Shown: positions 1 to 10,982 of the stretch, in pieces | Position numbering within the stretch: the stretch's first letter is position 1 | Layout of the letters: the number at the start of each line of letters is the position of its first letter | Assembly (NCBI GenBank): GCA_052426225.1 | Contig: JBNJNM010000014.1 | Location: 310,001-374,000 of the forward strand | Length of the DNA: 64,000 bases | Direction of reading: 5' to 3' | From: Zancudomyces culisetae HAW-14-8 | Lineage: Eukaryota > Fungi > Kickxellomycota | The notes under the pieces: model-generated | The model's input: the letters and a program-made list of their open reading frames with translations, nothing else | Told to the model about the DNA's origin: nothing | Database searches by the model: none | Made by a program: the position numbers and the translations under genes

Positions 1-2
1 GT

Positions 3-1224
3 GGTGTACGACTATCGTCGGTCAAACCTAGTTTTAATGGACTGTTGGATGCAATCAATAGTAACGACACTGAAGTGTTCAAATTTTTGTCTACTAATGG
101 TGCAAACCACTCGTGTATTGATAACGAGGCAATTAAAAAAGTGGTTTCCAACCAGAATATTGAAATGTTGAGAATTATAAACACGAAAACTTATGATAAG
201 CTTCGTTATGCTTCCACTGGCTATTCCGAATTGTTTAGAACGGAAAACAGAGAACTGATTATAGCACTGCTAGAGTACCGCGTCAAATCGATAAATTGTT
301 GTAAAAGTGGGTTTTATGAAGCGTGTGTTGCAAATGATACACATATAGCTAAGCTTATTTTGAGCGTAGACTCAAGATTATGTGTTAATACTGAAAGGTA
401 CTATAAGGTTATTGCAAAGAATGATAATAGAGAGATAATCGATGAAATACTTAAACTAAGTTCCAATGATAATATCGACGATAAGTATAGTATAATACTT
501 CGAAATATCTGTGAAGTTAACAATATGTGTATGCTCGAATGGCTCCTAAGTAAAGAGTTGAATCTTAGAACATACAAACAGAATGGGATAAAAGAAGCAT
601 GCCAAAATAATAATCTTGAAATGGTTAGATTGCTGATAAAACATGGCGCTAAACTAGATAATGAAGAATATACCGGAATACCTGAAGCAGCCAGTCACGG
701 AAATGTCGAGATCATCGAATTACTTCTAGAACATGGCGCGAAAGTTGAGAATACAACGTACAATGGGCTTAGAGAATCACTCAAAAACAACAAATTTGAT
801 AGCTTTGAAATTTTGATGAATAATAGTGCGTGGATACCTGAACTAGTTCCATATACACGCATCCTCAAAAAAAAAATCACTAATTTTGTCTTTTGTGTTT
901 GAAAATCCTATTCTGACAAGGAATATTACAAAATTCGTTTTTGATAGGGCTATAAAAACCATAACTTTTGATAAAACTAACAATTCAGGCGGAAGAAATA
1001 CTGTGATACTTGTCGAGTCCTTTATTTTGTTGGAGACATTCCAAGAAAATAGAAAAGATATTGCAGAACTCTTACTGAAATGTGGTTGTAGTTTGGATGG
1101 TGTACTAAATCAGTGTATTATGGCTGCGATCGCATATAAAAATAAATCCCTACTACAGTTGATATTTGATTATAATGATAGTCTAGATGAAACGATAAGA
1201 AATGAACTATTTGCACTTTTATAA
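3..1224 (+). pseudogene. Ankyrin-repeat protein, 3' part (5' end lies outside the window), frameshifted at A10 tract 867-876
   Basis: The frame is open from position 3. ANK motifs include GIKEACQNNNLEMVRLLIKHGA and EAASHGNVEIIELLLEHGA. ORFs 45..902 and 886..1224 join if A10 is read as A9 (ILKKKSLILSFVFENP). Near-identical to the inverted copy at 60489-61712. Confidence 0.8.
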
Positions 1225-2043
1225 GTTTATTTTTGTATTTTCTTTATACATTTTTTTAAACTACATTTACTGAAGCTAATAGCAAATAAATACAACAATT
1301 TTCCACTATCAACTTTGTCAATATATTTTGGTCTCAACTATAGAGTATCGCAAAAAAAAAACCACCCAACTGTGCGAAAACGCCGAAGAATTAGATTTTT
1401 GAAACAGAACTCTAAATGCCATTCTGGCTGACCTAGTGACTGTGTAAAGTAATAAAGATTGAGTGATGGAATAATGAATACACTCTACCTGCTTAAACCA
1501 AAATTCAAACTCAAATTCAATTGTTAATATCTGAATCAAAGAGTGCATTTTTTTTACCATAATTTTACGTTTATGATATAGCACAATACGGTTAATGTAC
1601 CATTCTATTCTTGAGGGAAAGACTCAGTGATGTCTCTAAAAAGACAACACGGACTCAGCTTCATAGGCTGTATTTACCTGTCTCGATTCTGTATATTTGC
1701 AGTCTAGCAAAAATGAGCTAGCGAACTGGCTCCAGCAATTAGAAACCGTTTCATTTCTGCATTTACAAGGAATGAGATTCTGGCCAATAAAAATATGATG
1801 AATTAGAAATTGTTCATGGCATTTGAAATTGTGTAATTTCTGGAACTCATTTAGAAATCCAAAATCATAAATGCGGATAGCCTATTATTATACACGAGTC
1901 GTTTAGACAAAAATATATTGTTATTTGGTTCTTATAGCTCAGTGAAATTATTTCTTTTCAAGGTTGGTTTAAACCGATGCGAATTCACAAAACTAAGAAA
2001 AATAATGAGTATTCGAACTTGAAAAAACTTTAAAAACTTCAAA

Positions 2044-5000
2044 ATGGATCCCTTGGATTTCAGAGAAGCTTGTAAATTCAGTGCAATTCCAGATCATGTA
2101 CTATCCAAGATATTCACACTATCACAAAATCCGAATGTGGCTCTGGTGAATAAAAGGATGTACTATGTATCTCAGGAAGAATACACAGTTAGTGAGTACA
2201 TACTCCAGTATGTCAATAACAATACACAAAATGATTTTTCCACAAATTTGGATAGAATGGTCTGCCGCTTTGAAAGGCTGAGTATAACAGAGTCTATAGG
2301 TATACTAGTACTCAAAAAATCAAAGGGGTTAAAGTATAAAGAAACGGTAGAACTGGCTCTAATGAATGGGTGGTGTACTGTTTTAAAGGCGCTATTTGGA
2401 ATGTATGTTTTGGTTGAAAGAGATACCTTGAGGATTCTGTACAAAAACACCACGTTTATTGAGAAGGGAAAAATGCTGGATATAGGGATGGACCAAATGG
2501 ATTTGTGTGTGCGTGACGTTACTACAGAGTTATCAGATATAACTGTTTCGGAGAATATCTGTGTTAAACCCCTGGTTGCTACAAAAGATATGTGGGCCTT
2601 TGTATCGGGAAAGATGGTTCCCTTTTATTATAAAACTATTGTTAAAGCGTTGCTAGATGTATGTGAAAATATGATTGGTCTACCGCTACATTCAACAGAG
2701 TTTAATGAAAAGTATGATATATCTCTAAGAGTGTGTAAAGCCATATCGTGCTATTTGCTTTCAAGTGCAGAGGCGATATGCATTGATAACGACACCGAGC
2801 TACTTACCAGAACACTTAATCTAACATTCGACACACACCTAACACTCAAAGAAATCTTTTTATTTGAGGAATTCGACAATTCGTTTGTATGGGAGTTTGC
2901 TGATTTTATTCGAGAATACGAATATGGAGGTGGAGTGGATCGGCCATTTTACAGCTACTTTTTGTACAATTCTATTATGTATATGAAGCGGGGCTTGATT
3001 TCAAACTGTGGCATATATGCATTTGATGCAACTGCAAAACAGATGGCGTTTGATATGGCGATACACCTTAGAAAGACGGGGATTGCAAAAAAGATGTTTT
3101 CTGAAGTAAAACACGATACTGTAAACGTTAATAGGCTGGCAAAACTGGCCTATGAAACCAGCAATTATGGCTTGGCAAAGCGCATTTTAAAAACCAGCGG
3201 TTACAAAATCAGAGAACTGGACGAAAATATTTTGAAGACTATTTGTATGAATGGAGATTATGAATCTGCACACAGTATAATCAATGATGCTCCAGAGCGG
3301 GTGAGTGGCTCTAGTTTATTAGACGCGATTAAGTCAGGAAACACTAGGCTTGTAGGAATTCTAATTGATTTGGGGCTAGAAATAGCATATCCTGGGTTTA
3401 TGGGAATCAAGGTCGCCTGTAGGAAGAAAAATATAGATATGGTGCGCTTTTTGATAAGAAACGGTGCTTTGCCTCGTAATGTACAAAACAATGGTGTTTT
3501 AGATACATGCTTGCCTAATGACCATGAAATTTTGGATCTTTTGTTGAGTCAATCGTGTACCCACTACAAAAGTGTTTTAGGTGACCATGTAAGAACAAAT
3601 GACGATAAAAAACCGAGATTCACAAATGTCTTGAGTTTTTTTATCACAGATGGACTGGAGTGTAGCAGGGTTGGGCTTGAAATTTTCAAAAAATATATTG
3701 ACGCAAGAGATGTAAATGGCATCAAATCCTTTTTGAACAGAAACTCTTGGCTTCCTCTAGGTTACACAAAGGGCAAACGACAAAGATTCAATCAAGTACT
3801 TGTCAATATCGCCGAATACATTATTCACGATGATTCGAGTCGTGATAACACCAGTACTGAGGAAAATAGCTATCAACACAAGTCAAAGTATCGCAAAATT
3901 CACGATGGCAAAAAGTCGCTTAGTACGCCTCAATGTATGTTAATAGATGATAGCTATTTTCAGCAAGCTACCTCAAAGCTAACTATTAGAGATTTTGAAT
4001 TGCTAGATTTACTGATAGAAAATGGTGCAGACATCAACTCGCATAATTTTTTGGTGTTAAGAACTGCCTACAAAGCAGGAAATATCTGGTGGATAGAGCA
4101 CTTTATTAGTAAGAATGCAAAGGTAGGTACTGAGGAATTTAATGGAATAAACGAGGCCTGCGAGTCGGGAAAAATAGAGGTGTTGAAACATTTGATCGGG
4201 TTTTCTCCGCCGACTAAAAAGGAGACTATATACAATGGGATTAGAGCAGCAGTCGGGCATGATAATTTCGAAATGGTTAAACTGTTGGTGGAAAAAGTTG
4301 CGGATCTAAGCGATTCAAAATATAACGGAATAAGGGAAGCATGCGCCTCTAACAATGAAGAAATGGTAAAGTACCTGTTTAAAAATGGTGCCTCTCTGGG
4401 TAGAGCATGTAATACTGGATTAAGCGAGGCTTGTCTACTTGGAAATGCCAAAATAGTCAAAATTCTGATTGACAGCCATGTTGATTTGAAATATACACAT
4501 GCAAATGGGATAAATGAGGCGTGCACTTCTAACAGTTTGGAAATAGTGAAGCTGCTAACCAGTGCTGGTGCAAAGCTGGATGGTTTACCTTCCAACGGTG
4601 TTTATGAAGCTTGTAAAAATAACAACCTTGAATTGGTCAGGTTTCTTTTGCAACACGGTGCACAGGTTGGGCAGTTGCAAAGTGTAATAAACTACGCTGC
4701 TGAGGTGAATAACTTGGAGTTGGTCAAACTCCTTTTGCAGTATGGCGCTCAAATCCACAAGGAGCCCTACAGTGGAACACACGAGGCTTGTAAAAATGAT
4801 AACTTGGAAATGCTAAGGCTACTATGCAAACACGGGGCCAAAATCACACCGAATCCCTATTGCGGAATGGCAGAGGCGTGTAAAAACAACAACCTCGAAA
4901 TGGTGTGTTTTTTGCTGCGAAAAAACCCAAGCTTGGTTTCGAATGCCGACTATGGGATTAGGGAAGTCTGTAAAAACCGAAATACTACAATAGCAAGGGC

Positions 5001-5235
5001 ACTGGTGAAACACGGAGTCAATGTTAATGCCCATAACGGATTGCTCTTGAAGTTTGCCTACAAAACGAAAGATGTTGATCTGGTTGAGTTCCTGCTATCT
5101 TATGACCCACAATGCTCCAAAAACTTTGTGAGACGGTTAAAGAGGGATGTTGCCAATGGTGCACGTAGGAAAGGAGCTCCCGACAGGGTGTGTGCGTTAG
5201 CTTGCCGTATCTTGACCCATCTCAAAGAAATTTGA
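2044..5235 (+). CDS. Intronless F-box-like plus multi-ankyrin-repeat protein (1063 aa)
   Basis: N-terminal FSAIPDHVLSKIF...VALVNKRMY fits the F-box pattern (LP.EIL..IF...V.K.W). There are more than 10 ANK repeats of the type NG..EAC.NNNLE.V.FLL.HGA in the C-terminal half. Confidence 0.85.
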   Translation: MDPLDFREACKFSAIPDHVLSKIFTLSQNPNVALVNKRMYYVSQEEYTVSEYILQYVNNNTQNDFSTNLDRMVCRFERLSITESIGILVLKKSKGLKYKETVELALMNGWCTVLKALFGMYVLVERDTLRILYKNTTFIEKGKMLDIGMDQMDLCVRDVTTELSDITVSENICVKPLVATKDMWAFVSGKMVPFYYKTIVKALLDVCENMIGLPLHSTEFNEKYDISLRVCKAISCYLLSSAEAICIDNDTELLTRTLNLTFDTHLTLKEIFLFEEFDNSFVWEFADFIREYEYGGGVDRPFYSYFLYNSIMYMKRGLISNCGIYAFDATAKQMAFDMAIHLRKTGIAKKMFSEVKHDTVNVNRLAKLAYETSNYGLAKRILKTSGYKIRELDENILKTICMNGDYESAHSIINDAPERVSGSSLLDAIKSGNTRLVGILIDLGLEIAYPGFMGIKVACRKKNIDMVRFLIRNGALPRNVQNNGVLDTCLPNDHEILDLLLSQSCTHYKSVLGDHVRTNDDKKPRFTNVLSFFITDGLECSRVGLEIFKKYIDARDVNGIKSFLNRNSWLPLGYTKGKRQRFNQVLVNIAEYIIHDDSSRDNTSTEENSYQHKSKYRKIHDGKKSLSTPQCMLIDDSYFQQATSKLTIRDFELLDLLIENGADINSHNFLVLRTAYKAGNIWWIEHFISKNAKVGTEEFNGINEACESGKIEVLKHLIGFSPPTKKETIYNGIRAAVGHDNFEMVKLLVEKVADLSDSKYNGIREACASNNEEMVKYLFKNGASLGRACNTGLSEACLLGNAKIVKILIDSHVDLKYTHANGINEACTSNSLEIVKLLTSAGAKLDGLPSNGVYEACKNNNLELVRFLLQHGAQVGQLQSVINYAAEVNNLELVKLLLQYGAQIHKEPYSGTHEACKNDNLEMLRLLCKHGAKITPNPYCGMAEACKNNNLEMVCFLLRKNPSLVSNADYGIREVCKNRNTTIARALVKHGVNVNAHNGLLLKFAYKTKDVDLVEFLLSYDPQCSKNFVRRLKRDVANGARRKGAPDRVCALACRILTHLKEI

Positions 5236-5512
5236 GATGGTTTGCTTGCTGTAAGTACAGTTAAAATACCTTCCATATGCACGCGCCCCTCTCCCCTCCC
5301 CCCCAACACCTGATGTCATAGTATATCAACTCGCTATCGCGGTCACAAATGCCAATAATCGATAGATTGTGTTTTGAGCAAATATGTAGTCCATAATCTT
5401 ATATACTTTTTTAATAAAAAAAATAACAATGGCAAATGTAACCAGAAAAACAAATATATATCCGAAAAGAGCTGCTATAGATCGTGGAAATTAAAAACAA
5501 TAGTTGAAACAT

Positions 5513-6728
5513 TTAGACAGAGGCTTGTGACTTGGAAAGGGAGGAACGACGGCGACGACGAGCCTCATCCTTCTTCTCACGTTGCTCCTTTTGGAACTTA
5601 GCCAACATGTTGGCGTACTCCTTGGCATCAGCCTGGGACTTCTCGATGTTGCGCTTCTTGATAGATCTGAGGTGGCGCTTGTGTTGAAGAGTGCGTGGAG
5701 TAACCAAACGTTGGATCTTTGGTGCCTTGGTGTATGGTTTCTTCTCTGCGTTCTTTGGTTGAACTTCACGTCTAATAACAAATTTTCTTACATCGTCCTC
5801 TTTGGTAAGGTTCTAATGGTTTAAAAAAGTTAAAACAAATGTTAGTTGTGCGTTTTTTTTTTGACAATAGCAAAGCATACATATCAAAACGCAGTAAATA
5901 AAGTGAAACTTACAAAGAGTTTGCGGATCTTTGAGGCACGCTTTGGTCCCAAGCGCTTTGGTGCGGCACCATCGGTAAGTCCTGGAATTTCAGCCTCACC
6001 TTGCTTGACAATGGAGAGAGCAAGTACAGCCAAGTCGTTTCCAACAATACATCCTCTTACGGACTTGCGGCGGCGCTCACCAGTGCGGCGTGGGCGGTAG
6101 CATGAGTGACCCTTTGACAAAAGAAGACGAACACGGCTTGGAAGGAGAACTCCCTGTTTCATTGGGAAACCTTGTTTGTCGTTACCTCCGTTTACTCTAA
6201 AAACATATCCTTTGAATTCTTCGCCAATGCTGTCTCCTGGAACCTCAGCTGAGATACGCTTGTCCATGAAGCAGTGCCTATAGTTTTTTGTAACCACACA
6301 TTAGATTATGCTGTCTTAAAAATAAATGTGCTTGTCTAAAGACACAAGAAATAGCGTGTGAGTATAGTATAACGGGATCGTAGAGACCACTGGTTCAAGG
6401 TTTTAGATGTATATACTTACAATTTGCGCTCATCATCTATTTCAAATGTTTTTTGTAGCCCGTTGGCCAAGTTGGAGATGTTCAACTATTTTAATGTATT
6501 TCATTTTTTATGAATCGTTTAGTTTTATTCTTGTTATTCAATGGTTTCTAGCAACGCGGGGGTAACATATTGTAACAGATTCGAAGTTCAATATGCACCA
6601 AAATTGGATGAATCCGTCAATTAATTTCGACACCCATCTCGTGAATAATAAAAATCCGATTCCTCCTTTGTTGATATAACCTAACTCGTAAATTGTGAAT
6701 ATCAAAGCACTAATATACATACCTTCAT
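5513..6728 (-). CDS. RPS6: 40S ribosomal protein S6 (eS6); exons 6723-6728, 6421-6485, 5914-6277, 5513-5812
   Basis: The spliced product reads MK|[22 protein letters not shown]|HCFMDKRIS...[14 protein letters not shown]...[14 protein letters not shown]|[12 protein letters not shown]...[11 protein letters not shown]...RRRSSLS. All three introns are GT-AG. Confidence 0.97.
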
Positions 6729-7315
6729 TTTTGTCTAGCGAGAATATATTAACACCAAAAGAGCCTCTCTTTCAAAACCTAACGTGGTTGAAAATAATAA
6801 AGATGATATATATTTATTGTGTTAATAAAACACCCTTTCAATTTTTTTTTTATTTGCTACGATTTTTTTATTTTTTTTTAGTTGCTAGATTTCCAAATTC
6901 GAATCTTTTTCCAATATCAAAAAATTAACTACCATCTAATTGGCCAAATGAAAGCTCTGCAAAAAAAAAAAAAGTTCAAAAAAATTTTTCCCTGCAACAA
7001 CTCGGATATTCTAGCTATCTTCCAAAGTTATGGCCACAAATAAATATGGTGGATACAAAGCTTCCAGTGCAAAGAATCAAAGTCGCATTGTTGAGAGAGT
7101 TGGTATAAATCAAAATTGGTGTCTATTTTGCCGCTTTAGCTTTTATTGTTTTGTTAGAAAACATACACTTAAATACATATATATAAAAGCGGTTCATATC
7201 ATGCTAAAGAAAAACCTGTACAAAACAAGAAAAACAAGGATCGTTCTCACAAACGGGCGATATCCAGTAGGGACTGGCGTAATACACACATAAAAGATGT
7301 GCTAAATGCTGGAAA

Positions 7316-9418
7316 TCAATTCTTTTGCAAAAGGTTCAAGTACTTGTTTGTAGTTGGCGAGATCTGGTTTGTCTTTAAATATGCATCGCGAGGCAGTAAA
7401 CCGTTGTTATATCCACTACGGGTGCTTCTGGCTGGTGCCTTTTCAAGTTTAGATATTTTTTCGAGCAATTTGTTGACAGAAGAAGAGGATGAGTTTGAGA
7501 GGGCGGATCTGTTGCCAGTAGAAGACATGTTTCTATATGACTTTCCCAGGTTGAACTGTGGTGGTTTATTCCCACTCTTTATATATTTCGGTGTTATGGG
7601 TCCTGTGGGAGATTTCACGAGTTTCAGCAACGTATTTAATGATGGAAAGCTTGAATTTGATTTCCGTGCACTCCTCTTTTTAACAGATCCTTTGACTTTT
7701 AAAAACAGCGGAGTCTCATAATATTCATATTTCGAATATTTGAATGGAGTTCTCTGATCAGGTGTTTTCTTGTATTTTTTCTTGGAACTTTGGTTGAGCA
7801 ACTTTCCGTACTGACCTCGTTGGGGTGTATTTGTCGATTTATGTTTCTATTTAATATCAAGATGCGTTTGTTTTTGTTAGTATGTCACATTAAAAACACC
7901 AAGGCGGAAGTAGACCGCCCTGGAGTGTTAAAACAAAAAAAGTAGGTAGATGGGAGTATAAACACTTACTTTTTGGGCCATTTGCTCGCTTTGCAACACA
8001 TTTTTCCGCAACAATGAATTTTGCTCCTTCAACAGCTGAACAATTTCATCACTACGATCGCTGACCTTTTGGATCGATAGTTCCATTGAGTTTGGTAAGG
8101 AGCTTAAACTTGGGTTGCCATTTATACTCCCACTTTTGACCCCAATAGACAAACTAGGCTGTACCAATCGTTGAACTGCGGGAGATATGTCCATCTCATT
8201 GTTGTTTAAATACTCGGGGTTATTGCCATGAAGGGATGTATTTCTCGTATCATCGCTGTGGTTCATGAAAAAATTGTGTTTGTCGTCATTGGTATTCATA
8301 TCAACATCGCCTTCATCTAGAACATCTGCAGTTGAATTTAAAGGTAGGGCTATCGGCTCAATGTATCCATTTGACATATTATTACAGTTTCTATATTTTG
8401 AGTAGTTGATAACCGCGTTTGCTTCAAGTGAAACCCCACTTTCACACTTAAAAGATATTCCAAACAGTTTCATTTTCGACATGGTATCGTTTTCTCCACG
8501 TAGGCGATTCACGACGATGAGTTTTACATCATGATTTTTTTGTAACTGATTAAATAAGAACGGCAAACTATTTAGCCTAAATTCGTCCCCAATTACCCAT
8601 ACACCGTTTGTGCGGTGCTTGTCGAGTTTGTATTCAAAGCGCAAATTTTGATCCTTGTGTTGAAGATATCCAAATTTGATCCCTTTGTTTTTTTCAATAT
8701 ATCGAAGAAACTGCGGTAGATTTAGTACTCGTACTGTTTTGAAGTTTTGATATTCTCCTGCTATTCTTTGCACACATTTATATACACTTGCTATTATTTC
8801 TCCCTGGGATATGACATTTATCCCAAAAAACAGATCCTCTCGACCAATATATTTTTTGATGGATTCAAAATTCGTTATTGTTCCACTGGTAATAACCACT
8901 GGGTACTGCCCTTCACTACGGTTAGAATCTGTTGGAAAATGCACTCCATTTATTATCACGCCTCTATCCACCCTATCTATAATTAAATCTCTGTTCGCAT
9001 TCACCTCGCCCAAAAAATATCCACAAAATTTAATCGTGCCATTATAAGCGGGACTGATATTTAATTTATAAAGTTGGTTCAGCACTATTGGCGAAATCAT
9101 CACTCTTTTCACGCCTTTGTTCGGATTTATTGGATTTATAACAAAGCTATCCTCTAGGCTGCTAGCAAGGTTCTCACTTGGTTTTGTATGTGAGTTTGAA
9201 TATCGCTGGCTTCCAGTTCCATTTCTACACCCATTAATTTGCTCCCACTCTCCAAAATTTGAGTTTAAATCAAATTTTCGTTTGTTTTCTCGATTACTAG
9301 ACTGCAAATACTGCCTTGAATTTGCATTTGAATCGTTGACCATTTTTAGCTTTTCTAGAAACGAAAAGAATTTGGGTTCCTCAACATTGTATTTTGTAGC
9401 GCCCTCGTTCATTTTCAT
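7316..9418 (-). CDS. STIL/Ana2/SAS-5-like protein (putative); exons 7970-9418 and 7316-7846, about 659 aa
   Basis: A phase-0 intron (gtaagt...aatag) joins the two ORFs. Motifs GYFLG..DLIIDRVDRG..FPT and FGYL..GVWVIG resemble the STIL N-terminal domain. A short coiled coil IVQLLKEQNSLLR follows, and the C-terminal ISPTTNKYL resembles the STAN region. The gene model is solid; the family call comes from remembered motifs. Confidence 0.65.
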
Positions 9419-10936
9419 AATTTATCCTGCCTTCATTATCCAATTTTGTTTTATTATATTATATTTTAGTTTTTGAATATAGTGTTCATATTTGAAAAAC
9501 TCGAATAAACAATCATGACCATTTATTTTTAAATTCTTTTTTAATTGTTATTAGCTGTTGACAATATCTCTGGCTGAATGTTTATTGGGCTAATTTCAAG
9601 TATTTTGTTTACAATAAAAAGAAAACTCTAAAAGCGCTTAATTTGTAGTGCAAAAACTAAATGAAAAATAAATTAAAAGCTTGTATTTTCAGTAAGAATA
9701 TAATTGCGCTTGGACTTTGCAAGACAGTAGTACCATCGCCAAAATATTTGTTGATGGAATGGATCCAAACTGAGTCGAGTTAAAAGTAAATAATGAGATA
9801 TGTGTATCAAAATATCATAATTATAACAACAATCATAGAACGTTCAGCTTATCCATCTATCAGATCCACAATTTATAATATTTTTAATTTTACTCTTCAT
9901 TATTTGGATGTTCTAGTAGCCGGATCTAAAATGATTTATTTTATTGAAAAGAACAGTAAGCTAGACTTTATATATTCTTATAAAACATGCAAATATGCAA
10001 AACACACAAAGATAACATGGTAGTTGTAGGTGTTACTGATATTAAACATATTGGTTAGCCATTCGCATTCAGTTTCAATTAATTTTCCTGATTCATTCTT
10101 ATTACCAAGTTTCAAAATATGCCATTATTATTTATACACATGACAACAAAATTTTCCGTGAAGAATGTAAGCATATGTAACAGTATGAGTGTAATGAAAT
10201 ATTATCCATAATATTGTGCCACCTCCCCCCCCGCCCCCCCGCCCCACCAACCGGTCTTTCGGTGGGAAAGCTATAGAAACAAACATGCTCATTTGTATCA
10301 AGCAAATTTAAGAGAAATATGAATATTTGAGTATTTGGACTATACGTCAAAGTAAAGCGATAATACATGTATTTAAAATGGAATTAAAAAACACAAAAGC
10401 ACGACAATATGGTTTACCCTTCAGCTTGTATAAACATCTTTAAACGTAAACGTAAAAGTAATATACAAACTTTATGATGATATCTCGAGTGTGATGCAAT
10501 TTGAATTCATCTCATATCTAAAAGGATTAATACATGTTATCACAAAGTACAGTATTAATTGTTGCCTCTGAATTAAGAATACAAATACTACTCTGAGTAA
10601 AATAAAAGCTTTGGGCAGTATCCAAGTATCATAGACTATTTGATATTAATATTTTAGCCAGTTAGTTTTTTTTACTAACAATGTGGAATCCGGTTTGAAA
10701 AATGGTGAAAAAAAAAATGAGAATACCAAAATGTTTGTGTATGTCTATTCTTAAAGTCCATTTCGTATTGGCAAACAAGAACACCATGAAAATTCTTTAC
10801 AAAATATAAAATGAACTTTATCATTATTCAGACGAGGCAAATATGTAGATTCTATTGACAAAAGTGTAAAAAAATAATAGTGCTCAAAATAGATACAAAT
10901 CCAATTCTAACAAAAAGGCATAAAGAAAAGAAAAAA

Positions 10937-10982
10937 GGGGGGGAGGAAAAGGGGAGGAAAAGGGGAGGAAAAGGGGAGGAAG
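10937..10982 (+). repeat. Tandem 11-bp repeat (GGGGAGGAAAA)x4, G-quadruplex-capable
   Basis: Read directly from the sequence. Confidence 0.85.

Noticed and set aside
6278-6722. Intronic snoRNAs in RPS6
   Set aside because: No convincing C/D boxes or H/ACA hairpin pair were visible by eye.
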